Origin: Selaginella moellendorffii
Lineage: Eukaryota; Plantae; Lycopodiophyta
Reading direction: 5' to 3'
DNA: 12,112 bases
NCBI RefSeq assembly: GCF_000143415.4
Contig: NW_003314453.1
Coordinates: 1-12,112, forward strand
Below are positions 8,302 to 12,112 of this stretch, one piece after another. Below the pieces are notes generated by a model. That model was not told the DNA's origin. It ran no database searches and saw nothing but the letters and a program-made list of their open reading frames with translations. Position numbers and translations under genes: made by a program. Within the stretch, counting starts at the first letter, position 1; every line of letters begins with the position of its first letter.

Positions 8302-11300
8302 ATGGGAGCCGACAGTGTGTTGAAGATGGCCAAAGGCGTAGCGACCTGGGAGTTTCCCGCCCTACAACGCGTAATGAGGCTGTCAGCTAAGTCCTGCCGT
8401 CAAACTCAACCGAAACATAGTCCTCGGACTGCACCAGTTACCGCGCCTCAGGTTCCAAAATCTTCACGAAAAGTAGCTGCTGAATTGAGCGTGTTGATGC
8501 TGAAGTTAGAGACAGATTTCATGGCAATTACTGGGGAGGAGGGCCGAGAAAAATGGAGATGTTTCATGAGAGAAGGAACCCTTATTGAGGCCTGGCTAGA
8601 TAGAATGCTACAAGAATCTGAACACAAGTAAGTACTAAAAGGATTAAACATAAAATATGGACCGTCAAATGGTACTTTATTTCTTGAGTTATAACAGGGC
8701 TGCGCATGGCGATACCAATAGTAGTTTACAGGAATACGGTCTATCGAGGGTACAACTCGGTATCTTAGGTCTCTCTGAAAGTCAGATCGATAGAGCATAT
8801 CGCATGCTATATGTCTACTCTGTTGGTTGCAACGAGATGATCAAAGAGCTTTGCCTGCACAGCCTCGAAAAGGCTGTGTTTGTTGGCTCCTTCTGGCGTG
8901 CCTTCATACATCTTTGTGAGGGACATTCTAAGGTAAATAGCAGTCTTTAAATTCTTGAATTCCCGCCTGTTTCACTAGGTCGAACTTCAAGCGGAGATTG
9001 CTGAGCTAGCAGAGGACAAGAAAAATGCTATAGACGAGTTACGCATGATGCGAGGTTGTTTGAACGAAGCATTGGATGGCATAGCTCTAAATAGGCTTTT
9101 AGCAAATGAGGATTGGGAAGTCACTGATAATATAGAAGCAACCACTCTCCCAGGAAACGGAGATATTAGAGAGGTATATTTGGCATTTAGATGAATGCTC
9201 TTTATTTTGATATCACCTGCCTGCTATCAGCTGGATGAAAAAACAGGAGAACATGACCTGGATATTTTGACAAAAAGATGTGAGCATTTGAATAAAGAAA
9301 GAGAAGAGCTTCAAATTCAGGTGAGACCGCAATAGGCTCAACTGATTCATTAACTGCGGAAGTTTATTCAGCTAGACGAAACTTCAAGACAATTGCGAAT
9401 GGAGCATTCAGCATTAAATCTCACCACCGCTAAAGAACGAGAGAAAACGGGAAAGGTGGTTCAATTAGAAGAGTAAGTATATGTAAGAAATATTATTTCT
9501 TACGAACTTCTACTTTTTTCAGAAAACTTTTTCAGGCGAAAGAAGCTCTAGAGAGGGAAAGGAGTGAAGCTCATCATTTGCGTGAGTTATGTAAGAAACT
9601 GGAGCATGATGTAGAAGAAACTGAACGAAAGACAGCGGAGATTACTTGGAAGTTTGTGCAGTATGATCGTGATTTTCCTGTTCTACAGAAAGAGGTACTG
9701 CTGTAGAGGTCTTACTTCTTTATTTAATGTTTTTCTTTTTTGTTTCAAGCATTAACAGGTGACAGAAAAAAGACACCTTGCTCAAATGCTCGAAAATGTG
9801 AATCAGCATGTTGAACAGGAATGCACGATATTGAAACATAGAGTTGAGCACCAAGATGCAGCGTTGGTGAGGCTGAGAAGGCAACTTGATACTTATGAGA
9901 AGGCAGTGAAATTTCTAAAAGACGAGGCTAAAGAACATACTCGACTTTTCGAAGATAAAGCACGAGNNNNNNNNNNNNNNNNNNNNNNNNNNNNNNNNNN
10001 NNNNNNNNNNNNNNNNNNNNNNNNNNNNNNNNNNNNNNNNNNNNNNNNNNNNNNNNNNNNNNNNNNNNNNNNNNNNNNNNNNNNNNNNNNNGAAAGGATA
10101 AATGAAAAACAGAGTCTAGAGGCAAAAGTGCGGATGCAACAGGAGAGTTTGAGGGCTTTGACAGTGGGAATAGCATCTCTCACTCCTCATAGAGTTTTGG
10201 GAATTCCTAAAGTGTCGATATTATCAGAGGTAAGCATAGAAACTGAACAGTCCCGAGCTGAAAGAAGGCTTTCAAGGAGGCTCTCGAGAAAAATGTCTCG
10301 GAGGGGAACAGAACTGGCAAAGAGAGCATTAGAGTTCTTAAAAATCCAACAGCCAGGAGAAGGCAGAATAATCAAGGAAAGCGAGCTTAATGAAATTTCG
10401 GAGTCAGATTTGAATTCTGACGAAGAGTGGGATGACCTGTGCTCTGAATTATCACAACAACGAGAAGAGATGGAAAAGATGGAAGCTAATCTTAAGGAAG
10501 AGAGAGATAGACGGTGCTGGATGGAAAGGCATGTAGAAGCTTCAGTGAAAGAAGCTGAAAGGCTAAGGTCTGAAGTTAAGCAAACAAATACTAGAATTGT
10601 CAATCTTGCCATAGAAAAGAAAAACAAGGAAAAAAACCTTCAGATTGCTGAAGAGCAGATTCGTAAGCTTGACAGGCAGCTTGAGAGCATGGAATTGACT
10701 CTCGAGAAGAAGAATGCAGAGATTGCTATTCTTAACAATATTATTATTAGGAATCTAGAAAGGCAAGCTCACTGTGCTTCAACATGTAAACAACTTCTAA
10801 CAACAGGTGCCAAGTTGCTAGAGGACGGTATGGTCCAGGAAATGAACGTAGTAGGTAGCAAAGTATCTATTTTAATGGAAACTGTAAGGCTGCTCAGGAA
10901 CAAGGTGACAAAGGCAGGTATGGAAATAAGAAGTTGGAAGCTGAAAATGAAAGCGGCAGATGGTCAGAATGCAGCTATGTTAGCCGAGATGAAAACCCTG
11001 AAGAGCGAACTTGAGTCAAGTAGCGCGGATAACATAAGCCTTGATTTCAAGCTTCAAAAGGAGGAGCAGTGTAGAGCAAAAGCGGAAGAAGAGCTAAACA
11101 GGGTACTTAAGGCGTCGGCTGATTTGAAACTCGACCAAGTGGTTCTTGAAGTGCACCTCGAGTCTTCCTTAAACAAAATCATGCAGTTAGAGATGAAAAA
11201 TTACAAAAGTGAGGCGAAGCTGGAGGAATGTGATCGAAATCTAAATGTACTGCAAAATCAGAAAGAGAAAGAAGATGCAATTCGTGGAATTTTGCAGTCA

Positions 11301-11360
11301 GAGGTCGATGCCTTGCGGCTGGAGGTGGAAGGACTAAGACGTCAGCTTTTGGTTACTTAG
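8302..11360 (+). CDS. Uncharacterised multi-exon protein with an N-terminal helical globular domain and a long coiled coil (~900 aa or longer)
   Basis: Exons 8302-8627, 8698-8932, 8979-9173, 9231-9320, 9372-9472, 9523-9694 and 9759-11360 join in frame (2721 nt) through GT-AG introns of 70, 46, 57, 51, 50 and 64 nt with matching phases. The sequence is E/K/L/R-rich and heptad-like. An extra in-frame intron at 8452-8505 is possible, and splicing at 11352 may bypass the stop at 11358-11360. Confidence 0.8.
9967..10091. other. N block (125 nt) inside the coiled-coil gene
   Basis: Run of Ns; the reading frame is the same on both sides, so it could be coding sequence or a 126-nt intron beginning at G9966. 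Confidence 0.95.
10263..10310 (+). repeat. Degenerate 12-nt coding tandem repeat x4 (RRLS RRLS RKMS RRGT)
   Basis: aga agg ctt tca / agg agg ctc tcg / aga aaa atg tct / cgg agg gga aca. Confidence 0.6.
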
Positions 11361-11407
11361 TTGAACCTTCCGAAATAGTAGTAAAGTGGTAAAACTCTCA
11401 ACTTTAG

Positions 11408-12087
11408 GATCCCATTATTGCATTGACCATCAAGAAATTTCTTGTCTCCTGTCTGCTCGCTTAAGTTTATAGAAGCCACCTTCCTTTTCTCAAGAATATA
11501 CCTTTGTCTGTTATTAGGTCAGACCATGGTTGGTAGTAGCGCATCCACGAGTGTTATAAACGAAGCAGCCTGGATGCACCATGGCAGTTCATCGCCAGCA
11601 TGTAAATCTGGTATTGCTGAGACAGTAAATACCGGCGATCTTATTGGGTCGCTGGAGAATATGCGCAAAGAGAATGAGGATCTTCGTGCTACTCTAGATA
11701 CGTACAAGAAAATTCTTAACGATTCGGGTAGGAAGGGCATCGCCAATTTTTCCGATTGCCCTTCTAATGTAAATTTCTTACTTTTGCCCGAGTTTTCTAT
11801 TTTAATCTCATGTGTTTCAGCTCTATGAACAATTAAGAGACAGAGTGGAGTCAGTTTCCTTCCTTCAAAAGTTGGAAGAGATAAAATCAACTGAAGATGC
11901 CGTTACCTCAATTGATCTACCACTTGCTGGTAATTCTTTCCTCATTTTAGATGCTACAACTGGTTGTAAGAATGCAGAGGATGATCTCGTAACAGCTGGC
12001 ATTGATGATCCAAGATGGTGGGTGTGGGTGTCGACTGACCTTTTTGGAGCTGCCAATGAGGATGCTGTGGAGGGAGATATACACTAG
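11408..12087 (+). CDS. Further plus-strand coding exons: 3' continuation of the coiled-coil gene, or the start of a separate gene (ATG 11526)
   Basis: ORFs 11442..11828 and 11812..12087 join in frame through a 52-nt phase-0 intron 11769-11820 (..CPSN|LYEQLRDRVE..). A path of intron 11352-11407, exon 11408-11450 and intron 11451-11517 links them in frame to the upstream gene, but its donors are weak. An in-frame intron at 11930-11977 is also possible. Confidence 0.55.
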
Positions 12088-12112
12088 TGAATGAAACGAC
12101 ATATTGAAGGAT

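Noticed and set aside
8448-8798. 116-aa minus-strand ORF
   Set aside because: Antisense to exons 1-2 of the coiled-coil gene and crosses its intron; no family resemblance.
10187-10627. 146-aa S/L-rich minus-strand ORF, and others at 9893-10183, 11519-11890 and 11865-12056
   Set aside because: Antisense shadows of E/K/R-rich coiled-coil codons, with no independent coding signal.
1-12112. Prokaryotic-type systems (CRISPR, defence islands, IS elements), tRNA/rRNA genes and transposons
   Set aside because: No repeat-spacer arrays, terminal repeats, transposase/RT motifs or structured RNA signatures were seen; most of the window is explained by spliced plant genes.

Overview
Eukaryotic, intron-rich, very gene-dense land-plant DNA. 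Introns of mostly 46-70 nt and spacers of about 0.2-0.25 kb suggest a compact genome such as the lycophyte Selaginella (inference only). Three genes were reconstructed by hand from GT-AG sites. (1) A minus-strand, divergent CLASP-like TOG/HEAT gene (~632-3804; start codon hidden in Ns). It appears to lack TOG2, has lost about 70 aa of the C-terminal domain at an exon junction, and has a frameshifted exon 3 with stops in all three frames. (2) An intact 10-exon minus-strand P4-ATPase phospholipid flippase (ALA family, 8052-4027, 1184 aa). (3) A plus-strand, divergently transcribed, uncharacterised long coiled-coil protein gene (8302 to 11360 or beyond). Three N blocks (121, 196 and 125 nt) look like length-preserving masks. 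No RNA genes, transposons or CRISPR arrays were recognised. The best novelty candidate is the remodelled CLASP paralogue. All homolog comparisons are from memory, not from database searches.
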